Positions 28,210-38,280 of a stretch of DNA of 63,569 nt are shown piece by piece (position 1 is the stretch's first letter; every line of letters begins with the position of its first letter). The DNA comes from Candidatus Aminicenantales bacterium (GTDB lineage Bacteria; Acidobacteriota; Aminicenantia; Aminicenantales; Saccharicenantaceae). The notes beneath the pieces were generated by a model, which saw nothing but the letters and a program-made list of their open reading frames with translations, had not been told where the DNA came from and made no database searches. The position numbers and the translations under genes were made by a program. The stretch covers positions 124,001-187,569 of the forward strand of contig JBEKXF010000003.1 in the NCBI GenBank assembly GCA_049512315.1, given 5' to 3'.

Positions 28210-29166
28210 CTAGGAATGGACCCTCTGGACGCGCTGGGCGACCCGGATGGTATCGAGGTGGATGCTCACTGTGTCCTCGATCTCCGAGGCATAGCCGCCG
28301 GCCAGGACCACCGCCACCGGGATCCGGAGACGCCGGGCGCCCTCGATGACGACCCGATCCCTCTCTTTGAGCCCAGCTCTGGTCACCCGCAGGCCCCCCA
28401 GCTGGTCCTTTTCGTAGGGGTCGGCCCCCGCTAGATAAAGGACGAGGTCGGGCCTGTACTCTTTGTAGATCCGCGGGATATGGGCCCGGAGCTCGGCCAG
28501 GTATTTCGCGTCCCCGTCGCCGGCCCACAGCCCCACATCGAGGGTCCCGGCCGGTTTCTCGGAGGGATAGATGTCCATCTGGTGGATGGAAAAGGTGAAG
28601 ACGTCCTCCCGCCTGGCGAAAATGGCGGCCGTCCCGTTTCCCTGGTGGAGGTCGCAATCGACGACCATCACCCGCCGAGCCATTTTCTCCGCAATGACCT
28701 TTTCCACGGCCACGGCCACGTCGTTGAGGACGCAGAATCCCTCGCCGTGATCGCGGAAGGCGTGGTGGAATCCCCCTCCGATGTGGAGGGCCAGCCCGTG
28801 TTCCAAGGCCTTCCGCGCGGCCAGGACCGTCCCGCCGACCGAAAGGAGCGCGAACCGGACAAGGTCGGGCGAGAACCGGAGCTCCAGCGCCTGGACTTCG
28901 GCCGGGCTCAGGGTCCCTGTTTTCAGATGCTTGAGATACTTGGCCGTGTGGACCAGGAGGATGTCCTCGTCCGGGGCCGGCCGGGGCCTGAGGAAGTCGT
29001 CTTTGCGGGCCCCCATCGAGAGGAGATTCTCGTAGACGAGGCGGTACTTCTGGAGGGGGAAAACATGCTTCCCCGTGTCGAACATCCAGTATTCGTTGCT
29101 GTAAACAAGCTTGAAGGGGAATCGCTTCCCGACGAGCGACCTCAGGAGATCGATGAACTCACCCAT
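28210..29166 (-). CDS. Histone deacetylase family (Zn-dependent) protein
   Basis: H.FP..KY, GGGFHHA...GEGFC.LND, DCDLHQGNGT, GADP...D.LG, AGGY. True start MGEFIDL at 29166. Confidence 0.92.
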   Translation of the reverse strand: MGEFIDLLRSLVGKRFPFKLVYSNEYWMFDTGKHVFPLQKYRLVYENLLSMGARKDDFLRPRPAPDEDILLVHTAKYLKHLKTGTLSPAEVQALELRFSPDLVRFALLSVGGTVLAARKALEHGLALHIGGGFHHAFRDHGEGFCVLNDVAVAVEKVIAEKMARRVMVVDCDLHQGNGTAAIFARREDVFTFSIHQMDIYPSEKPAGTLDVGLWAGDGDAKYLAELRAHIPRIYKEYRPDLVLYLAGADPYEKDQLGGLRVTRAGLKERDRVVIEGARRLRIPVAVVLAGGYASEIEDTVSIHLDTIRVAQRVQRVHS

Positions 29167-29261
29167 GAAAACCCAACCATACCAAAAAACCGGGCCGAGG
29201 TAAACCTGGCATGAACAGCGCGCCAAGGCCGCCGGACCGGCCGAAGGCCATGGCCGAGCCC

Positions 29262-30374
29262 CTAGATCTTGATGAGGATCTTCCGCCGGTAGAGCCAGTC
29301 GCACATCGACCAGAGCAGGGCCCAGGCCGCGAGGCTGGTGACGATCGCCGCCGGGAGCTCCCCCGTCCAGCCGAAGGCGACCGCCGTGAACGGCTGGATA
29401 AGGTGGGCCAGCCAGGACGTCCCGCCGGTCTCGGTGAAAATGTAGATGAACAGGGAATTCATGCCGACGATGTTGAAAAACTTCGTCCAGTTCCGGACAC
29501 CCTTGACGTCGATGAACCAATAGCAGAACGCCAGCGTCAGGAGGCAGAAGCCGCCGCTCGCGATCACGAACGAGCACGTGCAGATGCGCTTGATCATCGG
29601 CGAGAGAGGCGTGAGGGCGAACCCGGCGGTCACCCCCGCCAGTCCGGCCAGGGCCAGGGTCCGGATCTTCTTCTCCGCCGGGCGGCGGCTCATCAGCAGC
29701 TGCCCGGCCAGGACGCCCCAGATCGTGTGGGCCGCGGTCGGGATGGCGTTGAACGACACCCAGTGGCCGGCCGAGAGCTCACCCGAGATCACCATGTCCA
29801 CCCATGACCCGAAATTGTGGTCGGGCACGAACGGCTGGTTGAAGCCCGGTACCCAGAACACGCGATACAGGACTTCCGTGATGAGGATCAGGCCGAAGCT
29901 CAGGGCGATCTGCTCGCGCGCCGGCCGCCTTATCATGGAATAGGCGATCAGGGTCGTCACGCCGAGCTGGGCCAGGACGTTCTGGAAGCGGAAGGTGATC
30001 CGGCCGGGCTCGATGCAGTAGAGCGCCCAGCCGATGAGCAGGAGAAGAAGGGCCCGGACGACGGCGTGGCGCGTGACCCGGGCCCGGCTGTCGCCGCGCT
30101 TTTCCCGTTTGGCCACCGAAAAGGCCATGGCCGCGCCGACGATGAACATGAAGAAGGGCTGGACGAGGTCCCAGAGCCTCAGCCCGGCCCAGGGGTGATG
30201 GTCGAACTGGGTCCCAATCGCGTGGAGGAGGGTGCCTTGGAGGGAGGGACTGCGCAGATGCTCATAGATGAGCGTGCTCTCCCCGATAAGGAAAAACATC
30301 GTCATGCCGCGGAAGAAGTCGAGGGAAAGGAGACGCTCCTGGATGGCGGCCGTTTTGGGTTCCGCGACGCTCAT
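29262..30374 (-). CDS. DUF5009 / HGSNAT (NagX)-like membrane acyltransferase
   Basis: RLLSLDFFRG, HHPW.G....DLVQPFFMFIVG, NVLAQLG, P.IKRICT.SF, GMNSL.IY. Confidence 0.85.
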   Translation of the reverse strand: MSVAEPKTAAIQERLLSLDFFRGMTMFFLIGESTLIYEHLRSPSLQGTLLHAIGTQFDHHPWAGLRLWDLVQPFFMFIVGAAMAFSVAKREKRGDSRARVTRHAVVRALLLLLIGWALYCIEPGRITFRFQNVLAQLGVTTLIAYSMIRRPAREQIALSFGLILITEVLYRVFWVPGFNQPFVPDHNFGSWVDMVISGELSAGHWVSFNAIPTAAHTIWGVLAGQLLMSRRPAEKKIRTLALAGLAGVTAGFALTPLSPMIKRICTCSFVIASGGFCLLTLAFCYWFIDVKGVRNWTKFFNIVGMNSLFIYIFTETGGTSWLAHLIQPFTAVAFGWTGELPAAIVTSLAAWALLWSMCDWLYRRKILIKI

Positions 30375-30377
30375 ACA

Positions 30378-33149
30378 TCATCTCTTTTTCGCCGTCCCCC
30401 GCGCTTTCAGCCTGGCCGGCCTCTTCGTGGCCGCCTTGGGGGCGTTGAGAAGCGCCGCACGGGCGGCCGCCAGGCGGGCGATGGGCACGCGAAACGGCGA
30501 GCAGCTGACGTAGTTCAGGCCGATGAGGTGGCAGAACTCGATGCTCGACGGCTCGCCGCCGTGCTCGCCGCAGATTCCGAGCTTAATCCCCGGCCGCGTC
30601 TTGCGGCCCCTCTCCACGGCCATCTGCATGAGCTGGCCCACGCCGTCCCGGTCGAGGACCTCGAACGGGTCCTTGGCGTAGATCCCTTTCTCGACGTAGG
30701 GCACGAGGAATCGGGCGGCGTCGTCGCGGCTGACGCCGAGCGTCGTCTGGGTCAGGTCGTTCGTGCCGAAGCTGAAGAACTCGGCCACGGTCGCGATCTC
30801 GTCGGCGGTGATGGCGCCCCGCGGGATCTCGATCATCGTCCCGACGAGGTACTTGAACCTGATGCCCTGCTCTTTCATGACCGCCTCGGCCGTCTCGCGG
30901 ACGAGCTTCTCCTGGTTGGCGAGCTCCTTGACGTGTCCGACGAGCGGGATCATGACTTCGGGTTCGACCTCGATCCCCTTCTTCTTGGTGGCGGCGGCGG
31001 CCTCGAAGATGGCCCGGGCCTGCATCTCCGTGATCTCGGGGTAGATGATGCCCAGGCGGCAACCGCGGAAGCCGAGCATCGGGTTGAATTCGTGGAGGGA
31101 TTCGACGCGCTCCCTCACTTTCTCGTAGGAAATGCCCATTTGGGCGGCGACCTCGTGCTGCCCACTTTCCTCGTGGGGGAGGAACTCGTGGAGCGGCGGG
31201 TCGATCGTCCGGATGGTCACCGGCCGGCCGTCCATGACCTCGAAAATGCCGGCGAAATCCTTCCGCTGAAGGGGCAGGAGCTTGGCCAGGGCGGCCCGAC
31301 GCTGCTCGAGTGTATCGGCCAGGATCATCTCCCGCATGGGGCCGATCTTGCCCTCGCCGAAGAACATGTGCTCAGTCCGGCAGAGGCCGATGCCCTCGGC
31401 CCCGAAGGCCACGGCGTTGGCCGACTGATCGGGCTGGTCGGCGTTGGTCCGGATCTTGAGCGTCCGGTATTTATCGGCCCACGCCATGACCTTGGCGAAG
31501 GTCTGGTAGACGGGGGCCTCCGACGGGTCGAGCGTCTTTTCGATCAGGACCTGGAGAACCTCCGACGGCTTGGTGTGGATCTTGCCTTCGATGACTTGGC
31601 CGGTCGTCCCGTCGATCGAGAGCCAGTCGCCCTCCTTGAGCGTCCGCCCCTTGGCCGTCATCGTGTGGTTGGCATAATCGATGACCAACTCGCCGCAGCC
31701 CGCGACACAGACCCGGCCCATCTGTCGGGCGACCAGGGCGGCGTGCGACGTCATTCCGCCCCGGGCCGTCAGGATCCCCTCGGCCGCGTTCATGCCCTTG
31801 ATGTCCTCGGGCGAGGTCTCGATGCGGGCCAGGACGACCTTCTCCCCGCGCCTGGCCCACGCTTCCGCGTCGACGGAGTTGAAGACGATCCGGCCGGTGG
31901 CTGCGCCCGGGCCCGCGTTCAGGCCTTTGGCCAGGAGCCTCCCGCTTCTGATGGCCGCTTCTTTCTCGGCGTAGTCGAAGACCGGCCGGAGGAGCTGATT
32001 GAGCTGGTCGGGCTCGATCCGGGTCAGGGCTTCCCTCTCGCCGATGAGCTTTTCGCCGACCATGTCGACGGCGATCTTGATGGCGGCGAAGGCGGTCCGC
32101 TTGCCGACCCGGCACTGGAGCATATAGAGGCGCCTTTGCTGGATGGTGAACTCGATGTCCATCATGTCGGTGTAATGCTTTTCAAGGATGTGGCGGATCT
32201 TCTCGAGCTCCGCGTAGGACTTGGGGTCGTCGTTCTTCAATTCGGCGATGGGGAGGGGCGTCCGCGTCCCGGCCACCACGTCCTCGCCCTGGGCGTTCAT
32301 CAAGTACTCGCCGTAGAAGGTGTTCTCGCCCGTGGCCGCGTCGCGGGTGAAGGCGACGCCGGTGCCGGAGTCGTTCCCCATGTTGCCGAAGACCATCAGC
32401 TGGACGTTGACGGCCGTCCCCCAGGACTCGGGGATGTCGTACATCTTGCGGTAGGCGATGGCCCGCTCGTTATTCCAGGAGCCGAAGACCGCCCCGATGG
32501 CCCCCCAGAGCTGTTTCCTGGGGTCCTCGGGGAACTCGTGCCCGGTGGTCTCCTTGATGGCGGCTTTGAACCCGGCCACGAGGTCCTTCAGGTCGTCGGC
32601 CGTGAGGTCGGTATCGTTCCTGGCGCCGCGCTCGCGCTTTTTCGCGTCGATGATGACTTCAAAGGGGTCGATCTCATCCTTGTGGACCGGTTTCAGACCG
32701 AGGACGACGTCGCCGTACATCTGGACGAACCGCCGGTACGAGTCGTAGGCGAACCGGGGGTTCCCCGTCTTGGCGATGAGGGCCGCGACCGTCTTCTCGT
32801 TCAGGCCGAGGTTGAGAATGGTGTCCATCATGCCGGGCATGGAGGCCCGCGCCCCGGACCGGATCGAGACGAGAAGTGGATCCTTGGGATCGCCCATCCT
32901 CTGCCCGACGGCGGTCTCGAGCCTTTTCAGGTTCTTTTCGATCTCGCCCTTCACGGCCTCAGGGATCCTCTTTTTGTTCTTATAAAACAGGCTGCAGACG
33001 TCGGTGGAAACGGTGAATCCAGGGGGGACCGGGAGCCCGATCCCGGCCATCTCGGCCAGGTTGGCGCCCTTGCCGCCCAAGGTGTCGTTCATCCTCATGT
33101 TGCCTTCGGCCTTGCCGGCGCCGAAAAAGTACACGAACTTCTTTGCCAT
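30378..33149 (-). CDS. ppdK: Pyruvate, phosphate dikinase
   Basis: [27 protein letters not shown] (phospho-His), [26 protein letters not shown]. Confidence 0.98.
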   Translation of the reverse strand: MAKKFVYFFGAGKAEGNMRMNDTLGGKGANLAEMAGIGLPVPPGFTVSTDVCSLFYKNKKRIPEAVKGEIEKNLKRLETAVGQRMGDPKDPLLVSIRSGARASMPGMMDTILNLGLNEKTVAALIAKTGNPRFAYDSYRRFVQMYGDVVLGLKPVHKDEIDPFEVIIDAKKRERGARNDTDLTADDLKDLVAGFKAAIKETTGHEFPEDPRKQLWGAIGAVFGSWNNERAIAYRKMYDIPESWGTAVNVQLMVFGNMGNDSGTGVAFTRDAATGENTFYGEYLMNAQGEDVVAGTRTPLPIAELKNDDPKSYAELEKIRHILEKHYTDMMDIEFTIQQRRLYMLQCRVGKRTAFAAIKIAVDMVGEKLIGEREALTRIEPDQLNQLLRPVFDYAEKEAAIRSGRLLAKGLNAGPGAATGRIVFNSVDAEAWARRGEKVVLARIETSPEDIKGMNAAEGILTARGGMTSHAALVARQMGRVCVAGCGELVIDYANHTMTAKGRTLKEGDWLSIDGTTGQVIEGKIHTKPSEVLQVLIEKTLDPSEAPVYQTFAKVMAWADKYRTLKIRTNADQPDQSANAVAFGAEGIGLCRTEHMFFGEGKIGPMREMILADTLEQRRAALAKLLPLQRKDFAGIFEVMDGRPVTIRTIDPPLHEFLPHEESGQHEVAAQMGISYEKVRERVESLHEFNPMLGFRGCRLGIIYPEITEMQARAIFEAAAATKKKGIEVEPEVMIPLVGHVKELANQEKLVRETAEAVMKEQGIRFKYLVGTMIEIPRGAITADEIATVAEFFSFGTNDLTQTTLGVSRDDAARFLVPYVEKGIYAKDPFEVLDRDGVGQLMQMAVERGRKTRPGIKLGICGEHGGEPSSIEFCHLIGLNYVSCSPFRVPIARLAAARAALLNAPKAATKRPARLKARGTAKKR

Positions 33150-33237
33150 CTGATGACTCCTCAGGAAATATTCAGAGCACTATACATGGAAAAGCGCCAT
33201 AATTCAACCCGAGGCCCGGCCGGACGTCGGCCGGTTT

Positions 33238-34434
33238 TCAGGGGAATAGCGTCTGGTACCTGGCCAGGCCGGCCTTGAAAACGCGGATGGCTTCCCGGAG
33301 GTCGGTTTGATTGATGACGTAGGCGATCCGGACCTCGTCGGTCCCCAGGTCGGGTGTCGAATAGAAGCCGGGGGCCGGGGCCAGCATGACCGTCTTCCCG
33401 TCCAGCGAGAACTCGGACAGCATCCAGACCGTGAAGTGCTCGGCGTCCTTGACCGGCAGCCGGACGATGACATAGAAGGCGCCCTGGGGCTTGCGGATGA
33501 CGAGACCGGGGATATCTTTCAGACCCCCGTAAAGGACGTCCCGGCGCCTCTGCCACTCTTCCCGGACCGGCTTGAAGTAGTCCATGGGCATGTTGTAAGC
33601 GGCGAGGGCCGCCATCTGTTCGACCGAGGGAGGGCAGAGCCGGGCCTGGGCGAACTTGAGGGCCGACTGATAAAGCTCGGCGTTCCGGGTGATGATCATC
33701 CCGATCCGGGCCCCGCAGCAGCTGTAGCGCTTGGAGATGCTGTCGACCACGACCACCCGGTCCTTGATGTCCTCGTATTCGAGGATGCTCTTGTGCTTGA
33801 GGCCGTCGTAGATGAATTCCTTATAGACCTCGTCGCCGATCAGGAAGAGGTCGTGCTTTTTAACCACCCGGATGACCCGCTCAAGTTCCTCGGGCGTGTA
33901 AACAGTGCCCGTGGGATTGTTCGGCGAGCAGACCAGGATGGCCCGGGTCTTCGGAGTGATCTTCGATTCGATGGCCTCGAGCGGAGGCAGCCGGAAGCCG
34001 TCCTCCACCCGGAGCGGCAGAGGAACGATCTTGAGGCCGGCGAATGAGGCATAACCGTTGTAATTCGTATAGTAGGGTTCCGGGATGACGATCTCATCGC
34101 CGACATCGCCGACCACGGAAAACGAGAAATGGATGGCTTCGGAACCACCCGTAGTGATGAGGATGTCGTCCGCCTCGAGAGGGATCCGGTAATGGCCGAA
34201 ATAGCGGGCGACGGCCTGCCGGAGCTCGAGGAAGCCCTGGGCCGGGCCGTAGCCCAGGACGGGCTCCCGATATTGATGAAAGGCGTCGAGGACGGGCTGG
34301 GGCGTCGGGATGTCCGGGTCGCCGATGTTCAGGTGGAAGACCTTGATCCCCTTGGCTTTGGCTGCGTCGGCGTACGGCTTGAACTTCCGGATGGGAGACG
34401 CCTGGATGTCGTGGCCTCTCTTCGATATCTGCAT
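33238..34434 (-). CDS. Class I/II PLP-dependent aminotransferase (aspartate aminotransferase-like)
   Basis: LNIGDPD, SPNNPTG, DEVY, DSISKRYS.CG.RIG (PLP Lys). Confidence 0.92.
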   Translation of the reverse strand: MQISKRGHDIQASPIRKFKPYADAAKAKGIKVFHLNIGDPDIPTPQPVLDAFHQYREPVLGYGPAQGFLELRQAVARYFGHYRIPLEADDILITTGGSEAIHFSFSVVGDVGDEIVIPEPYYTNYNGYASFAGLKIVPLPLRVEDGFRLPPLEAIESKITPKTRAILVCSPNNPTGTVYTPEELERVIRVVKKHDLFLIGDEVYKEFIYDGLKHKSILEYEDIKDRVVVVDSISKRYSCCGARIGMIITRNAELYQSALKFAQARLCPPSVEQMAALAAYNMPMDYFKPVREEWQRRRDVLYGGLKDIPGLVIRKPQGAFYVIVRLPVKDAEHFTVWMLSEFSLDGKTVMLAPAPGFYSTPDLGTDEVRIAYVINQTDLREAIRVFKAGLARYQTLFP

Positions 34435-34510
34435 GGATGATACCTCCCTCGATAATTACGCCTCATTATAGGTTAACTCCCGCGGCCATAGCAATATGAA
34501 TGGTCGGACT

Positions 34511-34544
34511 GGTCCTGTCACGGTGCGTCCCCGTCCGCTTTTCT
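34511..34544. repeat. Short dispersed repeat (inverted copy of 21466-21500)
   Basis: GGTCCTGTCACGGTGCGTCCCC is the exact reverse complement of 21479-21500; flanking CTTTTCT also matches AGAAAAG at 21466-21472. Confidence 0.7.
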
Positions 34545-34605
34545 AATAGACAAAGACCCAGGTTTTTGGTATTTTTGACGAACAATAGGAGCATATCGCA
34601 CGGCT

Positions 34606-35394
34606 ATGACGATCGACAGGAACGCGCGGATCAGGGACGTCAAGAGCTGGGGCGATTACTTTCTGCTGACGATCGACTCTCCGGCCGTCGGCCGGGAAGC
34701 CCAGCCCGGCCAGTTCGTCATGGTCAAGGTGGCCGACACCCCGTTCCCGCTCCTCCGGCGTCCCTTAAGCATCCACGACGCCGGGGAGTCGGGAATCGAG
34801 CTCTTCTTCAAGATCGCCGGGCTCGGGACGGGGATCTTGGCCGCAAAAAGGCCGGGCGATCCCCTGGATGTCCTCGGCCCGCTCGGCAAGGGCTTCACCG
34901 TGTCCGAGGGCGCCAGGGGGAAAAACGCCTTCTTAGTCGGGGGAGGCCGGGGCATCGCCCCCCTCTATTTCCTGGGGAAGGAATTGTTAGCGCTGGGGGC
35001 CCGCGTCACCGTGTTTTACGGCGGTCGCCGTCATCTGGACATCCCGATGAAGGACAAGCTCGAAGCGGCAGGGCTTCGTCTCCTCTGTTCGACGGACGAC
35101 GGAAGCTTCGGGTTCAGGGGTCTCGTCACCGAGCTGCTGTGTCCCGAGCTCGATCGGACCCCCGCCGATATCCTTTTCGCCTGCGGGCCGGACCCCATGA
35201 TGAAGGCCGCGGCCGGGATGGCCCGCGACAGGCGTATCCCGGCGGAATTCTCCCTGGAATCCTTGATGGGCTGCGGGATCGGCGCCTGCTGGGGCTGCGT
35301 CCGCCGGATCAGGGACGCAGGCGGCGAAGGCTGGGTCAAGATCTGCGAGGAGGGCCCGGTCTTTCCCGGCGACCGGATCGTGTGGACGGATTGA
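34606..35394 (+). CDS. pyrK: Dihydroorotate dehydrogenase electron transfer subunit
   Basis: PGQFVM, LRRPLSI, GPLGKGF, GGG.GIAP, CGP, MGCGIGACWGC...C.EGPVF [2Fe-2S] motif. Confidence 0.95.
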   Translation: MTIDRNARIRDVKSWGDYFLLTIDSPAVGREAQPGQFVMVKVADTPFPLLRRPLSIHDAGESGIELFFKIAGLGTGILAAKRPGDPLDVLGPLGKGFTVSEGARGKNAFLVGGGRGIAPLYFLGKELLALGARVTVFYGGRRHLDIPMKDKLEAAGLRLLCSTDDGSFGFRGLVTELLCPELDRTPADILFACGPDPMMKAAAGMARDRRIPAEFSLESLMGCGIGACWGCVRRIRDAGGEGWVKICEEGPVFPGDRIVWTD

Positions 35395-35399
35395 CGATC

Positions 35400-36314
35400 A
35401 TGACGGACCTGACGATAGACCTGGGGTTCTTGAAACTCAAGAACCCCGTCCTCACGGCGAGCGGAACCTTCGGCTACGGCCTGGAGTTCGAGCCCTACCT
35501 CGGCCTCCGGAAGCTCGGCGGGTTCGTGGTCAAGGGTCTTTACCTCGAACCCCGCGAAGGGAACCCGCCGCCGCGCCTCGTCGAGACACCGAGCGGCCTG
35601 ATCAACGCCATCGGGCTCCAGGGCGTCGGGGTCAAGGCGTTCGCCGAAAAAATCCTGCCCAAGCTCAAGGACCTCCAGACCGCGATCGTCGTCAACGTCT
35701 GCGGCGGTGACGACGACGAGTACGTCGCGGTCGTCGAATTCCTCGAGCGGCAGGAAGGGATCGCGGCCTACGAGCTCAATATCTCCTGCCCGAACGTCAA
35801 GAAGGAAGGGATGTGCCCGGCGCTTTTCCCCGAGCCCACTTTTCACCTCATCCAGCGCATCAAGGCCGTGTCGCGACGGCCGGTCATCACCAAGCTCTCG
35901 CCGAACGTCACGAACGTCGTCGAGATCGCCAAGGCGGCCGAGGCGGCCGGCACGGACGCGATCTCGCTCGTCAACACGTTCCTGGCCATGGCCATCGACA
36001 TCGAAACGCGGCGGCCCCGGCTGGCCAACACCTTCGGCGGCCTCAGCGGCCCGGCCATCCGGCCCTTGGCCGTGCGTATGGTTTACCAAGTGGCCTCCCG
36101 GGTCAAGGTCCCGGTCATCGGGATGGGCGGGATCATGACGGGGGCCGACGCCTTGGAGTTCCTCATCGCGGGGGCGTCGGCGGTCGAGGTAGGGACGGCG
36201 AACTTCGTGGAGCCGGACGCGGCCGTCCGCATCATAGGCGAGATCGAGGCCTGGTGCGAGGCGCACGGCATCGGCCGCATCCGGGACATCGTGGGAACGG
36301 TCAAGGCCTGGTGA
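35400..36314 (+). CDS. pyrD: Dihydroorotate dehydrogenase, catalytic subunit (class 1B)
   Basis: KNPV.TASGTFG, GNPPPR, NAIGL, ELNISCPN, KLSPN, GGLSG; ATG 35400. Confidence 0.96.
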   Translation: MTDLTIDLGFLKLKNPVLTASGTFGYGLEFEPYLGLRKLGGFVVKGLYLEPREGNPPPRLVETPSGLINAIGLQGVGVKAFAEKILPKLKDLQTAIVVNVCGGDDDEYVAVVEFLERQEGIAAYELNISCPNVKKEGMCPALFPEPTFHLIQRIKAVSRRPVITKLSPNVTNVVEIAKAAEAAGTDAISLVNTFLAMAIDIETRRPRLANTFGGLSGPAIRPLAVRMVYQVASRVKVPVIGMGGIMTGADALEFLIAGASAVEVGTANFVEPDAAVRIIGEIEAWCEAHGIGRIRDIVGTVKAW

Positions 36315-36363
36315 AAGGCCGGGGCGGGACCCGCGCCCCCCCAGCCGAAAGAAGGACGGCGCT

Positions 36364-37086
36364 ATGAAAAAAGAGAATCGCGACAGGATCATCATCGCCC
36401 TGGACGTCCAGACCAAGGAGGAGGGGATCGCCCTCGTCAGCAAGCTCAAGGACGCCCGGACCTTCAAGGTCGGCCTCGAGCTCTTCATCGCGGAGGGTCC
36501 GGCTCTTTTCAAGAAGCTCAAGGCCCTCCGGAAAGACGTCTTTCTCGACCTCAAGATCCACGATATCCCGAACACGGTGGCCGGGGCGGTCCGGTCGGCT
36601 TTCCGCCACGGCGTCCAAATGATGACCGTCCACGCCTCGGGGGGCCGGGAGATGATGGCCAGGGCCGCGGAGACGGCCCGGCAGGTCTCGGAAGAGCTCG
36701 GGCGTCCGAAGCCCATCCTCCTCGGCGTGACCGTCCTCACCAGCCTCAAGGGGGCCGATCTCGAGGAGATCGGGATGGGCCCGGATGTCGCCCGTCAGGT
36801 CGTGCGGCTGGCCGGCCTGGCCAAGGCCGCCGGCATGGACGGCGTCGTCTGCTCGCCCCAGGAGATCGAGGTCCTGCGGAAGGAATTCGGCCGGGACCTC
36901 GTCATCGTGACGCCGGGGATCCGGCCCCTCTGGGCGGCGGCCCAGGACCAGAAAAGGATCATGACTCCCGCCGAGGCGGTGGCGAAAGGCGCGGATTATC
37001 TGGTCATCGGGCGGCCGGTCACCGGCGCGCCTTCGCCTCAGGAAGCGTTCCTCAAAATCGTCGAGGAGCTCGACCAGCACACGTGA
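36364..37086 (+). CDS. pyrF: Orotidine 5'-phosphate decarboxylase
   Basis: IIALD, KVG, FLDLKIHDIPNT, VTPGIR, DQKR, LVIGR. Confidence 0.97.
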   Translation: MKKENRDRIIIALDVQTKEEGIALVSKLKDARTFKVGLELFIAEGPALFKKLKALRKDVFLDLKIHDIPNTVAGAVRSAFRHGVQMMTVHASGGREMMARAAETARQVSEELGRPKPILLGVTVLTSLKGADLEEIGMGPDVARQVVRLAGLAKAAGMDGVVCSPQEIEVLRKEFGRDLVIVTPGIRPLWAAAQDQKRIMTPAEAVAKGADYLVIGRPVTGAPSPQEAFLKIVEELDQHT

Positions 37087-37113
37087 AAGCGGATCTCGAG
37101 GATGCTGCCCCCG

Positions 37114-37698
37114 TTATATCATCCGGCCGGCGTAAATCCCCCCGACGATCAATCCAAAGATCACGGTCAGGACGATCACCACGATAATGCTGATGACCAA
37201 GTAGCCCAAGACCTTATCCTTGGGCGTCTCCATCATGGGGCAATCGAATCCAAGGTAGAGAATATAAAGTCCATACAGGCTGGCAAGCATAACCAAAATC
37301 GAGAGCGCCGGGAAGATGTACAGGATTCCGGCCACCCAGGCCGGCGTCATGCTGTAGACGGCAAGCTTGAGAGCATTGGGCAAGCTCTGGACGGATGAGA
37401 AATTCGGCGCCAGGGCGTTGATGATCAACGCGAAGAGATAGACAATGACCAGGGAAAACACGTAGGAGAGGATGGCACTGCTGAGAGCACGGCCGAAGCT
37501 CCAGACGTACACCCGGGCGAACGGGATTTGGGCGCGGAAGACCAGATGCCCGATGAACTGGGCCACGGCCGGGATCGCCGCCAGGATCATGGCATAAGAC
37601 GTGAACAGCCCGGAAACCGTCGCGGGCTCCGCCTTGATCTTGACCCACTCGTCTTTGGGCTTCAATAAAATCGCCTGAACCCTAGGGACCAAATCCAT
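37114..37698 (-). CDS. Yip1 family membrane protein
   Basis: RVQAILLKPKDEW..IK.E; about five TM helices; AVYSMTPAWV; SD GGAGG. Confidence 0.85.
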   Translation of the reverse strand: MDLVPRVQAILLKPKDEWVKIKAEPATVSGLFTSYAMILAAIPAVAQFIGHLVFRAQIPFARVYVWSFGRALSSAILSYVFSLVIVYLFALIINALAPNFSSVQSLPNALKLAVYSMTPAWVAGILYIFPALSILVMLASLYGLYILYLGFDCPMMETPKDKVLGYLVISIIVVIVLTVIFGLIVGGIYAGRMI

Positions 37699-37876
37699 GG
37701 AGGCCTCCTTGCTGAGCTGAAATTATCTCAACTATATTATGTTCGAACCAACCTGTCAATGCCCGAGGACGCTCGATGGCAGCCGCCGGGGAGGAGGTAA
37801 AACTCTCTGATAGGAAAAAGACCGCCTGGAGGACAGGGAACCGGCCGGCCGGGGCTTTGGATATCGGAGGGGACGT

Positions 37877-37952
37877 TGGAGGCGCGGGTCGGACTCGAAC
37901 CGACGAATAAAGGTTTTGCAGACCTCTCCCTTAGCCGCTTGGGTACCGCGCC
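37877..37952 (-). tRNA. tRNA-Cys (GCA)
   Basis: Minus strand GGCGCGGTACCCAAGCGGCTAAGGGAGAGGTCTGCAAAACCTTTATTCGTCGGTTCGAGTCCGACCCGCGCCTCCA folds as a cloverleaf; anticodon GCA; encoded CCA. Confidence 0.97.
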
Positions 37953-37983
37953 CGGGATCTGATGTCCATGGAATTCGGATGAC

Positions 37984-38058
37984 TGGAGCGGGCGATGGGA
38001 CTTGAACCCACGACCTTCTGCATGGCAAGCAGACGTTCTACCACTGAACTACGCCCGC
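37984..38058 (-). tRNA. tRNA-Gly (GCC)
   Basis: Minus strand GCGGGCGTAGTTCAGTGGTAGAACGTCTGCTTGCCATGCAGAAGGTCGTGGGTTCAAGTCCCATCGCCCGCTCCA; anticodon GCC; encoded CCA. Confidence 0.97.
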
Positions 38059-38089
38059 CCGCTCGTTTTCTTCAAAAATGGCACGCCCT

Positions 38090-38118
38090 AAACTAGCAGA
38101 AATCCCCCGGCCTGTCAA
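38090..38118 (-). promoter_or_regulatory. sigma70 promoter for tRNA-Gly-Cys
   Basis: Minus strand TTGACA-N17-TAGTTT with extended -10 TG. Confidence 0.6.
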
Positions 38119-38280
38119 CCGACCCCATGCCGGCCGCGAGGCGCTTGAAAAGCGATGCGCTGCCTGGAAAATGAGCGGGAAAGCCACGGGCGCAAAGCAC
38201 CCCCCGGCCCTCTGACGAGGGCTGACAGGGACGGTCGGGCGGAGTTTTCAGGCTTCCCGGAACGGACGTCCCGGAAGGCC

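Noticed and set aside
29817..33278. 1153-aa plus-strand ORF, and similar long antisense ORFs at 15314-17122, 50602-53391, 53695-55611 and 8700-10118
   Set aside because: They are shadows of well-supported genes on the opposite strand (ppdK, accBC, TBDR, sulfatase-like, TPR). Strong GC3 bias removes antisense stops, and the translations have no recognisable motifs.
34500..35399. Apparent 604-aa PyrD with a long N-terminal extension
   Set aside because: The extension overlaps pyrK in another frame and is low-complexity Arg/Gly/Pro; PyrD homology starts at ATG 35400. The same applies to the ORF-track extensions of accB, the anti-sigma, the PgsA-like gene, HDAC, ruvX and endoQ.
37756..37877. tRNA-Cys / tRNA-Gly 3' ends as a possible island integration site
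   Set aside because: No integrase, no duplicated tRNA 3' fragment elsewhere in the window, and the flanking genes are ordinary.
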